Shown: positions 8,227-16,318 of the stretch, in pieces
Position numbering within the stretch: the stretch's first letter is position 1
How the letters are laid out: every line of letters begins with the position of its first letter
Origin: Candidatus Sigynarchaeum calidifontis
Lineage (GTDB): Archaea; Asgardarchaeota; Lokiarchaeia; Sigyniarchaeales; Sigyniarchaeaceae
NCBI GenBank assembly: GCA_030587475.2
Contig: JAUQYZ020000120.1
Coordinates: 1 to 22,729, forward strand
Length of the DNA stretch: 22,729 bases
Direction: 5' to 3'
Notes under the pieces: generated by a model
Databases searched by the model: none
Told to the model about the DNA's origin: nothing
The model's input: only the letters and a program-made list of their open reading frames with translations
Position numbers and translations under genes: made by a program

Positions 8227-9870
8227 TCAATGACGCGGGTCGAGCGCGTCGAGCCCGCACGTGAGCCAGGCCAGGTCGAACCGCGCGATGTGGATCGTGC
8301 CACGGTAATCGAGTGGCCCGGCCTCGACCAGGAGGGCGATGGTCTCGTTGTCCCCGAGCACGACCAGCTGGCCATAGGCGCTCGGCCCCGGGTACACCTC
8401 CTTTGCCACGGGCCATGTATTACCGTCATCGTAGGATAATCGAACCGTGTAATGCGCCCGGACGTGCCGGTCTGTACCGCAATAAAGAACACGGCCGGTG
8501 TAGTAGGTCACGTTATCCGTCATGCGGTACACGCCAGCCATGCACGGCACGTCGGGCAAGCCAGGATCCTCGCGCACGGGACCCCATGTTTCACCCCCGT
8601 CGTTCGACCACGCGATTTTCCGGAACTTGCCCGAGCGCATGTTCAAGCACAACGAGCCGTTCAATCCCTCGAACACCTGGACCTCGCTCCCGTCCCCCGT
8701 GCCCGCGCCCGCTTGCCAAGTGATGCCGCCGTCATCCGAATAGATCACGTGGCTGCCGCCGAGACCGCCACCATATGCCGGCACGACCAATCGCCCCGCG
8801 TGCGGGGCCAGGCGCTTCTGGATGCCGACTCCTGGCCCGCAACCGTGCCAGCTGCCATCCAGGCCGATGGTGGCCGTGAGTTCTTGCGGGGCTGACCACG
8901 TGATGCCCCGATCCGAGCTGTTCACGTGGAACAGCCGCTGGTTGTCCCAGTTATAGAGCACGTGCAGGTTATCGTTGATGGCGTCGTAGACGGGCACCAT
9001 GTTCCCCGCGGTCAGCCGGCCTTGCGGGTTCTCTGCGAGGATGCGGAGGGGGCTCCACGTGATCCCGCCGTCAGTGCTGCGTTTCATGACGATGTCGATG
9101 TTTCCCCAGTCCGAAAGCACGTCCTGGCGTCCTTCAGCAAATGCCACGAGTGTATCGTTTGGCATGACGACCAGCGCCGGGATGCGGAAGTCTTTAATCG
9201 GGCTGCCGTCGTGTCCGGTGTACATGTCAGCGCTGCTAAAAATAGGCGCGTGCCAAACCCCAGGCGCGAATTGCGCGGGGAATAAAGCCATAGATCCAAG
9301 CGTGGCACCAATGACGGCGAAGAAGAACATGAACGTGCCGCCCAGTCCAACCAACCCGTTTGCCAGCTTGATGCGCGACAATTCAAGACCCGCCTCGCGA
9401 CGTGCTCGCCTCGCACCAACCATCACCCGCACCAGCCACGATGTGGACGTGCCAGCGAGCAGCGCACCGAGCGAGAACAAGCAAGGGATGGTGACGATCA
9501 TGATGTCCCAGCCGAGCTCGCTACCGCCGATGACCAGCATACCCTCGAACATGTCGGACAAGTAGATGCCAATGGCGATCGCGCCCGCCCCGAGGCACAG
9601 GTTCCAAATCGACCAGAACGCGTTCCACCAGATCGCGCGCCTGCCGCGGGGGAACTTGATGAAACGATGGGGGGTAATGTTACATATAAGCGCGTAGATG
9701 CCTGATGCGGGAACGAGAATGACCGTGACATACACTGCCCACGTCGAATCGTGCAAGAATAGGATTTCCCCTTGAAATTGATTAAAGATCATAAAGCTAG
9801 CATAGGAAAACACTATTCCAATAAATACTTGGCATATCACCAAAGTAACGGTCCAAGACTGACGTTTCAT
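8227..9870 (-). CDS. Exo-alpha-sialidase (GH33) with an N-terminal five-helix membrane domain
   Basis: FRIP motif, five Asp-boxes (STDGGITW, SSDRGITW, SDDGGITW, SNDGGETW, SYDDGNTW), NMR and SAY (nucleophile Tyr). Five hydrophobic segments in the first ~200 aa. Confidence 0.9.
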   Translation of the reverse strand: MKRQSWTVTLVICQVFIGIVFSYASFMIFNQFQGEILFLHDSTWAVYVTVILVPASGIYALICNITPHRFIKFPRGRRAIWWNAFWSIWNLCLGAGAIAIGIYLSDMFEGMLVIGGSELGWDIMIVTIPCLFSLGALLAGTSTSWLVRVMVGARRARREAGLELSRIKLANGLVGLGGTFMFFFAVIGATLGSMALFPAQFAPGVWHAPIFSSADMYTGHDGSPIKDFRIPALVVMPNDTLVAFAEGRQDVLSDWGNIDIVMKRSTDGGITWSPLRILAENPQGRLTAGNMVPVYDAINDNLHVLYNWDNQRLFHVNSSDRGITWSAPQELTATIGLDGSWHGCGPGVGIQKRLAPHAGRLVVPAYGGGLGGSHVIYSDDGGITWQAGAGTGDGSEVQVFEGLNGSLCLNMRSGKFRKIAWSNDGGETWGPVREDPGLPDVPCMAGVYRMTDNVTYYTGRVLYCGTDRHVRAHYTVRLSYDDGNTWPVAKEVYPGPSAYGQLVVLGDNETIALLVEAGPLDYRGTIHIARFDLAWLTCGLDALDPRH

Positions 9871-9911
9871 GGTTAATATTTACCCTGGATCTTAATGTAC
9901 ATATGCCATAC

Positions 9912-9927
9912 AAGAAAAAAAGAAGGG
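9912..9927 (-). terminator. Oligo-T archaeal terminator candidate
   Basis: CCCTTCTTTTTTTCTT on the minus strand just after the 7TM gene stop. The same CCCTTCTTTTT 11-mer recurs after PCNA. Confidence 0.45.
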
Positions 9928-9938
9928 TAATTGCGATT

Positions 9939-10691
9939 TCAGGTATATTTAGAGTACATCGACTCATCATCTGGCTCTTGTTTCACGTGAGGTGTTTGTG
10001 TTTCCTCCTTGATATTAAAACCCCGATACAAGTAGATAACGGATAAGGCCATTATAACCCGGGCGAGCATTATCAATTGCGATGTTATCACGGTATCAAG
10101 GATTGCCGCAAATGCAAATAACAAGAAAGAAAGGGATAGATTGCTAGCACGTTTGCGATCGATACCTTCGATTTTTTTCCGCAGGAAATAAAATCCACCG
10201 CCTAAGACGAAAATGACACATACGATGTAGAACATTGCACACACGAGGATGACCGATCTTAATGATATATCCAACATTTCCATAGGATCAGCACCTGGCG
10301 TACCCACGAACATATGCTGCGGCCAGCCTATCAATGCAATGTAATATACTATGCCGGTCAAGCCAAATACTAGCAATGCCTTGTTCCTTTGCTTGGGATT
10401 GAAAATCTCGTATCCCAGGTACATTGCATTGAGAATAGAAAGGGGCATATGGGAATAAGAGAGGAAACCATAGGCCACGGGCGAAATGTTCGAAGATGTA
10501 AGGAGCAAGGAGAAAAAAGTGACTGCTGGCCCGAGGAAAAAGTACGCTACTGACAATTGCATCAGAGCTGCGAAGGGCAGTAGTTTTTTACGCTCACGCC
10601 AATATTTAATCAAGAGGGTTATTCCGACCACGTTACCAAATGCTAAAACAACTACGGCGCTCAAACCATTGAGCCATGAAAAAATGTTCAT
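9939..10691 (-). CDS. Seven-transmembrane hypothetical membrane protein
   Basis: About seven hydrophobic segments with basic loops (KYWRERKK, LRKKIEGIDRKR). ATG 10691 is the likely start. Confidence 0.7.
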   Translation of the reverse strand: MNIFSWLNGLSAVVVLAFGNVVGITLLIKYWRERKKLLPFAALMQLSVAYFFLGPAVTFFSLLLTSSNISPVAYGFLSYSHMPLSILNAMYLGYEIFNPKQRNKALLVFGLTGIVYYIALIGWPQHMFVGTPGADPMEMLDISLRSVILVCAMFYIVCVIFVLGGGFYFLRKKIEGIDRKRASNLSLSFLLFAFAAILDTVITSQLIMLARVIMALSVIYLYRGFNIKEETQTPHVKQEPDDESMYSKYT

Positions 10692-10798
10692 AATGTAGAT
10701 TAATCTTGCTAGGGCCTCTATATACGCTTCGGTAATCGTTGGGTAAGGCAAAATGTTGGGTTATTACCCGATTTTCCACCATTTCATAGCCGATATTC

Positions 10799-11911
10799 TC
10801 ACTGATACCACGCTAATTTCAAGAATTCGTCCATCATAGCCTTGACATTCTCAGGCTTGCACGAGTCAGTGATGTCGGTCGTCGGGCCGAAGATGTACCC
10901 GCCCCCGGCCTTGGCATCGTCGAGGCACTTGCGCGTGGCGGCCTTGACTTGTTCCTCGGTGCCGAACGGCAGGAGATCCGAGCAGTCCATGTTCCCGATC
11001 AAGCACACCTTGTCACCCCATTCTTCCTTGAGGTGCTTGAGGTCCATGCCCGCCGCGGGTTCTAGGCTTTGGATACCATCAAACCCCGAGCCGATGAGGC
11101 CGGGAAAAAAAGGCTCCGTGAAGCCATCGGAGTGAAAGAACGTCAAGACGCCGCGCTTGTGGCAGTAATCGTTCAAGGTCTTGTAGACGGGGGCGATGAT
11201 GTCCTCGAACACGCTGGGCGGGAACATGACGCGACCCTTGTAGGCACAATCATCGGCCCACGTCACGACCTCGAAGCCAGCATCGCACCAGCCCTTGGCT
11301 ACCTCGAGCAATGGCTTGGTCACGAGGGATGCGAGCTTCTTCAAGAAGGCGGGCTTCTTGCGGTAGAAATGCGAGAAAAAGCCGAAATCGAAGGCCTCGC
11401 GGATCGGCTCGAAGCAGACCGTGACCGGCACGGGCACGAGATCGTGGGCATCGACCATCTCCCGGTATCCCTTCTGCCAGCTCGTGACCCAATCCGGGTC
11501 GAACGAAACGTCGAAATAACCCGCGGCGATCCATTCCTTCCAGAGCTCCTCCGTGTTGAGATAGCCCGTCTGGTATTTCCAATTGTTAGTGCTGCGGGTT
11601 AGCCGGTGGATATGGCCGAAACGGTTGACCTTGCCACCATCTGCGATCACGATGTCATTCGGATCAAGCCCTTTTAATGGATTCCAAGACACGGGTGTCG
11701 AATGCAGCCACACAGCGTCGAACTTGTAGAACTTGAACAAGGTGAAGTCCATACCGCTCACGAGCACCACGTCGTCATCGCCAATGGCGGTCTCGTACTT
11801 GTCCAGCGTGTTTTTCTTGAAATCGCCCATCATGCCCTCGACAAACGACGGCACACGGTCGGGTTCCCCGTCATTCTGCAGCGCGACGATGAGCCGGTCC
11901 CTGGCGTTCAT
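10799..11911 (-). CDS. Uroporphyrinogen decarboxylase / MtaA-CmuA methyltransferase family protein
   Basis: MNARDRL..AL...EPDRVP N-terminus, WADD, FFHSDG, MDLKHLKEEWGDKVCLIGNMD, LPFGTEEQV and GGYIFG. Confidence 0.88.
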   Translation of the reverse strand: MNARDRLIVALQNDGEPDRVPSFVEGMMGDFKKNTLDKYETAIGDDDVVLVSGMDFTLFKFYKFDAVWLHSTPVSWNPLKGLDPNDIVIADGGKVNRFGHIHRLTRSTNNWKYQTGYLNTEELWKEWIAAGYFDVSFDPDWVTSWQKGYREMVDAHDLVPVPVTVCFEPIREAFDFGFFSHFYRKKPAFLKKLASLVTKPLLEVAKGWCDAGFEVVTWADDCAYKGRVMFPPSVFEDIIAPVYKTLNDYCHKRGVLTFFHSDGFTEPFFPGLIGSGFDGIQSLEPAAGMDLKHLKEEWGDKVCLIGNMDCSDLLPFGTEEQVKAATRKCLDDAKAGGGYIFGPTTDITDSCKPENVKAMMDEFLKLAWYQ

Positions 11912-11973
11912 GTATTTGTCCCGGTGTTATATTTTCGATGCCTATTTGTTCGATACGGGAATCTACACCACCG

Positions 11974-11993
11974 AATAAAAAGTGATATTAAAT
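11974..11993 (+). promoter_or_regulatory. BRE/TATA promoter for aIF2alpha (probably a leaderless transcript)
   Basis: AATAAAAAGTGATATTAAAT with the TATA-like core 24-31 nt upstream of ATG 12017. Confidence 0.55.
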
Positions 11994-12016
11994 TCGCCGC
12001 CATATCATTTCCTAGA

Positions 12017-12883
12017 ATGGCGAGAAAGAAGAATCCCCTTCCCGAGATCGGTGAGTTGTGCCTCGCTACCGTTGTAGAGGTATCGCCAACGCATGTATAT
12101 TTGATCTTGGATGATTATAAAGGTTATGGCCCTGGCCGCGACGGCATCAATCGCGATGGCTTTAACGTCCATCCCAGCATCAAGAACAACGCCATCGCCT
12201 ACATGCACGTGTCGGAGGTAGCCAACTTCTGGATCAAGCAGATCCGGGACTTCATTCGCGAGGGCCAGAAACATGTTGTAAAAGTGCTCAAGATCGACAA
12301 GGGCATGGTGTGGGTCACCAAGAGACGCGTGACAGGCCAAGAAGCCAAGAAGAAATTGGCCGAATCGAAGCGCAGCAACAAGGCCGAGGGGCTGCTCAAC
12401 CTGCTCGCGGACAAGCTCAAGGTGGACCGGGATACAGTCTATGAAAAAATCGGCTTTCCCCTCGACGACGCGTATGGTGGCGATCTCTGGGGTGCCTTCG
12501 AAGATATCAAGGAGCAAGGTCTCAATGCTATCGCCGACATCAAGTTCGATGTTGACGAATCGTGGCTGAAGGAGCTGGAGAAAATCGTCCAGCAAAACGT
12601 AGAGATCCCGGTCGTCAAGATCACGGGCGAGTTCGAACTCACGAGCTATGAGCCAAACGGCGTCGATGTCATAAAAGAGGCCCTCGCCGCAGGTGCCTCG
12701 GTTCTCCCTCAAGGTGATAGCACGACCACTCTGACGTTCCAAGTGATTGCCCCGCCTCGATATCGCCTAGAGATCGTTGCACCGGACTACCAGACCGCCG
12801 AGGCACTTTTGAAGAAAGTCGAGGCGAAGGTACTCAAGGTGATCAAGAAAGGCGGAACCGGCACGTTTACCCGGGCCAAGTAG
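12017..12883 (+). CDS. eif2a: Translation initiation factor 2 subunit alpha (aIF2alpha)
   Basis: LPEIGEL...V, HVSEVANFWIKQIRDFIREGQ..VVKVL, KRRV, PNGVDVIKEAL and APPRYRL...PDYQTAE. True start is ATG 12017, not 11702. Followed by nop10. Confidence 0.96.
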   Translation: MARKKNPLPEIGELCLATVVEVSPTHVYLILDDYKGYGPGRDGINRDGFNVHPSIKNNAIAYMHVSEVANFWIKQIRDFIREGQKHVVKVLKIDKGMVWVTKRRVTGQEAKKKLAESKRSNKAEGLLNLLADKLKVDRDTVYEKIGFPLDDAYGGDLWGAFEDIKEQGLNAIADIKFDVDESWLKELEKIVQQNVEIPVVKITGEFELTSYEPNGVDVIKEALAAGASVLPQGDSTTTLTFQVIAPPRYRLEIVAPDYQTAEALLKKVEAKVLKVIKKGGTGTFTRAK

Positions 12884-12907
12884 TGCACGTCATTCATCGT
12901 GATTATT

Positions 12908-13096
12908 ATGCCAAAATCGTTATCGAAGTGCTTGAAATGCGGGGCATACACGATGAAACAGGAGACTTGTCCCTCTTGTGGTGCCCCTGACTTACGGCTC
13001 GCTTATCCCCCGAAATTTTCTGTGGATGATAAATACGGGAAATACAGGCGCGAGATGAAGCGACAGCTCCAGCAGAAACAACAAGGTCAAAAATGA
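12908..13096 (+). CDS. nop10: H/ACA RNP protein Nop10
   Basis: KCLKCGAYTMKQETCPSCG...PPKFSVDDKYGKYRR; canonical position after aIF2alpha. Confidence 0.95.
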   Translation: MPKSLSKCLKCGAYTMKQETCPSCGAPDLRLAYPPKFSVDDKYGKYRREMKRQLQQKQQGQK

Positions 13097-13140
13097 TGCC
13101 TGTAGCCGCCCGCTCGGTGACCACCTGCACGTGATGCGAT

Positions 13141-14433
13141 TTATTCCTTCTCATCGCTGCATCGATCATCGAGATCACGTATCACGGCGATAGCGATGTC
13201 GACAGCATCCTGGATCGCACAAGGTTCGACGAAGCTGGCATCATCATAGCGTGTGTGGTATTTTTCAAGGTGATACCGCAGCGGCATATACATGTGGATG
13301 GTCGTCGCGGGAATGCCGGCCCTCGTGAACGAGACAGCATCCGTGCCACCGCCACCGAATGGATCGCCCTTCACCACGACGTCTATCCCTTGTATGCCGA
13401 TGCGCCGGGATGCATTGGCAATGAACTCGACCCATTTCGCATCGTGCTTCGTCCTCGTGGTGGATTCATGCGAGACAACGGTGACAATGCCGTGGTTGCC
13501 GATGCTATCGGAGTTGAGAATGAAACCATTGCCGGCTAGCTCCTCGCGGTGCATCGCTATAAACCGCTTGCTCCCTCGCAAGCCGGCCTCCTCGCTGTCG
13601 AGGGTCGCTACCTTGACCTCGACGAATCTCGGGCGGTGCTTCGCAATAAACCGGGCCGTGCCGAGCACGGTCACGCAACCCGCGAGGTCGTCCCTCCCGC
13701 CAGGAACCACGTCATCTCCCGTGAACACGAACATAAACGCGGCAACGGGGGTCAAGGCCAGAATGGTGGCTAGTACCGCGTTGGATGTAGCGAATAACCA
13801 CGAATCATGTGCGATCATGCCGAACAATAGCAAGATATCCCCCGCCATATTCAACGACGTGACGATCAGCATCAAGAAAAGGACCAGGAACGCTACCAAG
13901 ACGAACAACACGTAAAGCCCCTTGAACTTGTATATCAACCGAAATTCCCGGGCGCTATCGTGATGCGCGCATACAACAATCGTCGCACGCCGTTCCACTG
14001 CTGGCTTGAACGTCGCCACGATGTTCTCCGCGGTGGCGACGGGGAACAGCTTGTCGATAAATTCATTGTACGAGAAGAATTCCTGGAAAATGATGGTAAC
14101 GGCGATCAGCACAAGTGCGAGGCTCGCGATCGACAAGAACAGCGAAAGAGTGCCGGTGTGCACGAAGAGGCGCGGTATCGTGATGGCCAGTGCACCGAGC
14201 ACGAGGATTATGCACGCGGTGATCCAGCCCAGGAATGCACCGGGATGGAACTCGTACGGCTCGGCGTGTCCCGCGTCGGGAGATAGCTTTCAAAACTGGT
14301 CATGGAAATACCGGCCCCGGCGCTTCTCCCCCTCCGAGCCTGGTTGACCTGGCCCGATCATTTCGATGATCTCGGCGATCCGCGCGTGCAGATACGCGGC
14401 CTCCTTCTCGTCGACTGCTCGCTCCTTTATCAC
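13141..14433 (-). CDS. Membrane-embedded M28 Zn-metallopeptidase, interrupted by an in-frame TGA at 14290-14292 (pseudogene, sequencing error or readthrough)
   Basis: GTG 14433 overlaps the upstream TGA and follows GGAGG. The N-terminus IGPGQPGSEGEK...DQF*KLSP...EFHPGAFLGW continues in frame. AHHDS, GGRDDLAG, SEEAGLRGS, NSDSIG, TDAVSF and YHTRYDD are intact. Confidence 0.8.
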
Positions 14434-15029
14434 TTGTCCCCCTCCTTGCCAGCAAGCTGCTTCAAGAGCGCAGCGGCCCGGCTGGTGTTGAAGATGCCGC
14501 AAATGCAAGGTTTCGAGAGTTCGGCCGCTGCGGTATGGACAGGAACGCCGAGATCCTTGATCTTGTGAACTTGAATGGCAACATTGGCCGGCGAGATGCA
14601 ATGGTGGCCGCACATGGTCGTGAGGGCGAGCACCTCCGCACCTGGAAGCTTTTCCTTGCATCCGAACGTGCCAAGGGACAAGTGCACCGTGTGCAAGGTT
14701 AGCCCGGTCTCGATCGCCGCTTCTTGGATGCTGGAGAGGAGCCCGCTCACGACGATGGAGATGCCCAGGTCGGCTTCTTTCAAGGCTCGCAGCACCCGCT
14801 TCACTTTCGCTTCGTCATCGTACACTGCCGTGATCACGGGCGAGATTGTCCACAAGCTTTCCATCATAATGTTCACCGGCTCGTTTTGTTTGAAGATTGA
14901 TCCCGCTTTCAGTAGTCGTTCCCTGGCATTTGGCGCCTTGTCGTTGATTCCCTTGGCAAGCATCGCCAGGATCACGAAATCTTGCCCCAGGTCACTCGTG
15001 TCCCCCGTCCGGTGTAAAGTATGTGTCAT
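14430..15029 (-). CDS. Conserved hypothetical protein with HTLHR, MCGH and CxCGxFN motifs (probable metal binding)
   Basis: MTHTLHRTG, DLGISIVVSG, TTMCGHHCIS and PCICGIFN; ATGA-coupled to the upstream ferredoxin-domain gene. Confidence 0.75.
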   Translation of the reverse strand: MTHTLHRTGDTSDLGQDFVILAMLAKGINDKAPNARERLLKAGSIFKQNEPVNIMMESLWTISPVITAVYDDEAKVKRVLRALKEADLGISIVVSGLLSSIQEAAIETGLTLHTVHLSLGTFGCKEKLPGAEVLALTTMCGHHCISPANVAIQVHKIKDLGVPVHTAAAELSKPCICGIFNTSRAAALLKQLAGKEGDK

Positions 15030-15748
15030 GCCTTCTCACCCCCGCATGTTGCTCGCCCCAGGCCCACGTTCACTTTCGCGTTCGGGCGGGGCGGGAAGCC
15101 GCCGGCCCGCAAGGCATCAAGCACGGGAAAACCTCCGTTCGCGTCAGCCCTCGCGATCACGCCCACGGTGAACACCGTATCGACTTTACCTTCCACGTCC
15201 TTGATGATGGCAAGAACATCGGATAAATTGGCCGATGGTACCTTGAACTCGATGATTGCAGAGAGCACCCGCTCGTCTTTCACGTCATCCTTGATGTGGC
15301 CATCCTTATCTGCCAGCAAGGCCGTGAGCGGGTTATCCTTCTCGTATTCCACGCCGAGGCGCGAGAGGGGGATAGTGAAGAGTTCCACGCTTGCAAGGCG
15401 TGCCCCGAGGCCAGGCCGCCCTAGCTCGATCGAGAACCCGAGTACTTCCGAGCCGAACCGTCCCGTCACATCGTTGGTCTTCATCTCCTCCGTACCACGC
15501 CCGGGAACGCCCGTGATCTTGTGCGAGCTGGCAACGTCGCTAAATATGTTCCGCACGAGCCTAGGCCATTTCAACCGCTCTTGGACGACAGCACGTGCCG
15601 GGCAAATTGCAGAGCGGTAACACGTGGAACATTCGACGCACGTGTCCCTGTCGACGATCGACTTGCCGTCCGTGATGTGAATCGCTCCCACGGGGCAGAT
15701 GATCGCGCACCGGCCGCAGCCGGTGCACGCGTCTTGCTTGATCCTCAT
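15026..15748 (-). CDS. 2x[4Fe-4S] ferredoxin-domain protein with a conserved uncharacterised C-terminal domain
   Basis: CTGCGRCAIICP and CVECSTC....ICP, followed by GRGTEEMKTNDVTGR and ELGRPGLG. Confidence 0.85.
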   Translation of the reverse strand: MRIKQDACTGCGRCAIICPVGAIHITDGKSIVDRDTCVECSTCYRSAICPARAVVQERLKWPRLVRNIFSDVASSHKITGVPGRGTEEMKTNDVTGRFGSEVLGFSIELGRPGLGARLASVELFTIPLSRLGVEYEKDNPLTALLADKDGHIKDDVKDERVLSAIIEFKVPSANLSDVLAIIKDVEGKVDTVFTVGVIARADANGGFPVLDALRAGGFPPRPNAKVNVGLGRATCGGEKA

Positions 15749-16317
15749 GGCGATGCTTCGGACGCCGCCGCGGGTATCATTATCTGCTTTGCCTTTCCGT
15801 CATTGATGAGTATCTCGGCATGCTCCTTGGGCATGTAGACGATGTCCTCCTTCTTGAAGGGGCCATAAATTCGCAAATCCAGGCCAACGAACTCGCCCGC
15901 GTCTTGCACGAGCCGGATCGTCAAGTAATTCGACGAGAGCTCCCGGTTCGCGCGAGTGTCGGGGAATATATTTTTCCCCGCGCTGTACTTGAACTCCATG
16001 CTTCGCACGGCTTGATAATATTCCAGCTCGAAGTCGAGAAGGCAATTTTCTTTCACAGGAATGCCTTCGACAGCTGCCTTGTCTATTTTTTGCTTTCGTA
16101 TCTTGAGCAAGTCGTTCCAGAGATATTTGACCAACTCGATTTCCTTGCGCGTGATGGTGGCTTGCAAACTAGCATCGACCAGCGTGGACAATGTCTGATC
16201 AAGCGATGCGACGAGCTCCTTCACGGATTCCGTGAAAGATGCAGGCAATGGCTGGAGGATTTTCGTTGATTGTTCCTCGCGCCAGCTTTGGAGGAGGACA
16301 TCGACGACGTACGTCAT
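15745..16317 (-). CDS. gins15: GINS complex subunit, Gins15/Gins51 type (A domain then B domain)
   Basis: WREEQS..LQPLP..F, LLKIRKQKI, L..ELEYY and B domain FVGLDLRIYGPFKKEDIVYMPKEHAEILI..G. ATG 16317 lies directly after the priS stop. Confidence 0.9.
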   Translation of the reverse strand: MTYVVDVLLQSWREEQSTKILQPLPASFTESVKELVASLDQTLSTLVDASLQATITRKEIELVKYLWNDLLKIRKQKIDKAAVEGIPVKENCLLDFELEYYQAVRSMEFKYSAGKNIFPDTRANRELSSNYLTIRLVQDAGEFVGLDLRIYGPFKKEDIVYMPKEHAEILINDGKAKQIMIPAAASEASP

Positions 16318-16318
16318 G

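Noticed and set aside
8400-9090. Repeated motifs in the sialidase gene as a repeat array
   Set aside because: They are protein-level Asp-box repeats of the beta-propeller, not CRISPR or DNA repeats.
11702-12016. N-terminal extension of aIF2alpha in the ORF track
   Set aside because: It overlaps the divergent UroD-family gene and the promoter; homology starts at ATG 12017.
12119-12200. Archaeal intron in aIF2alpha
   Set aside because: The insert is in frame and stop-free. There is only an 8-bp inverted repeat (GCGATGGC/GCCATCGC) and no recognisable bulge-helix-bulge.
14290-14292. Genome-wide TGA reassignment
   Set aside because: TGA terminates several well-defined genes here at their expected ends, and no other gene has an internal TGA.
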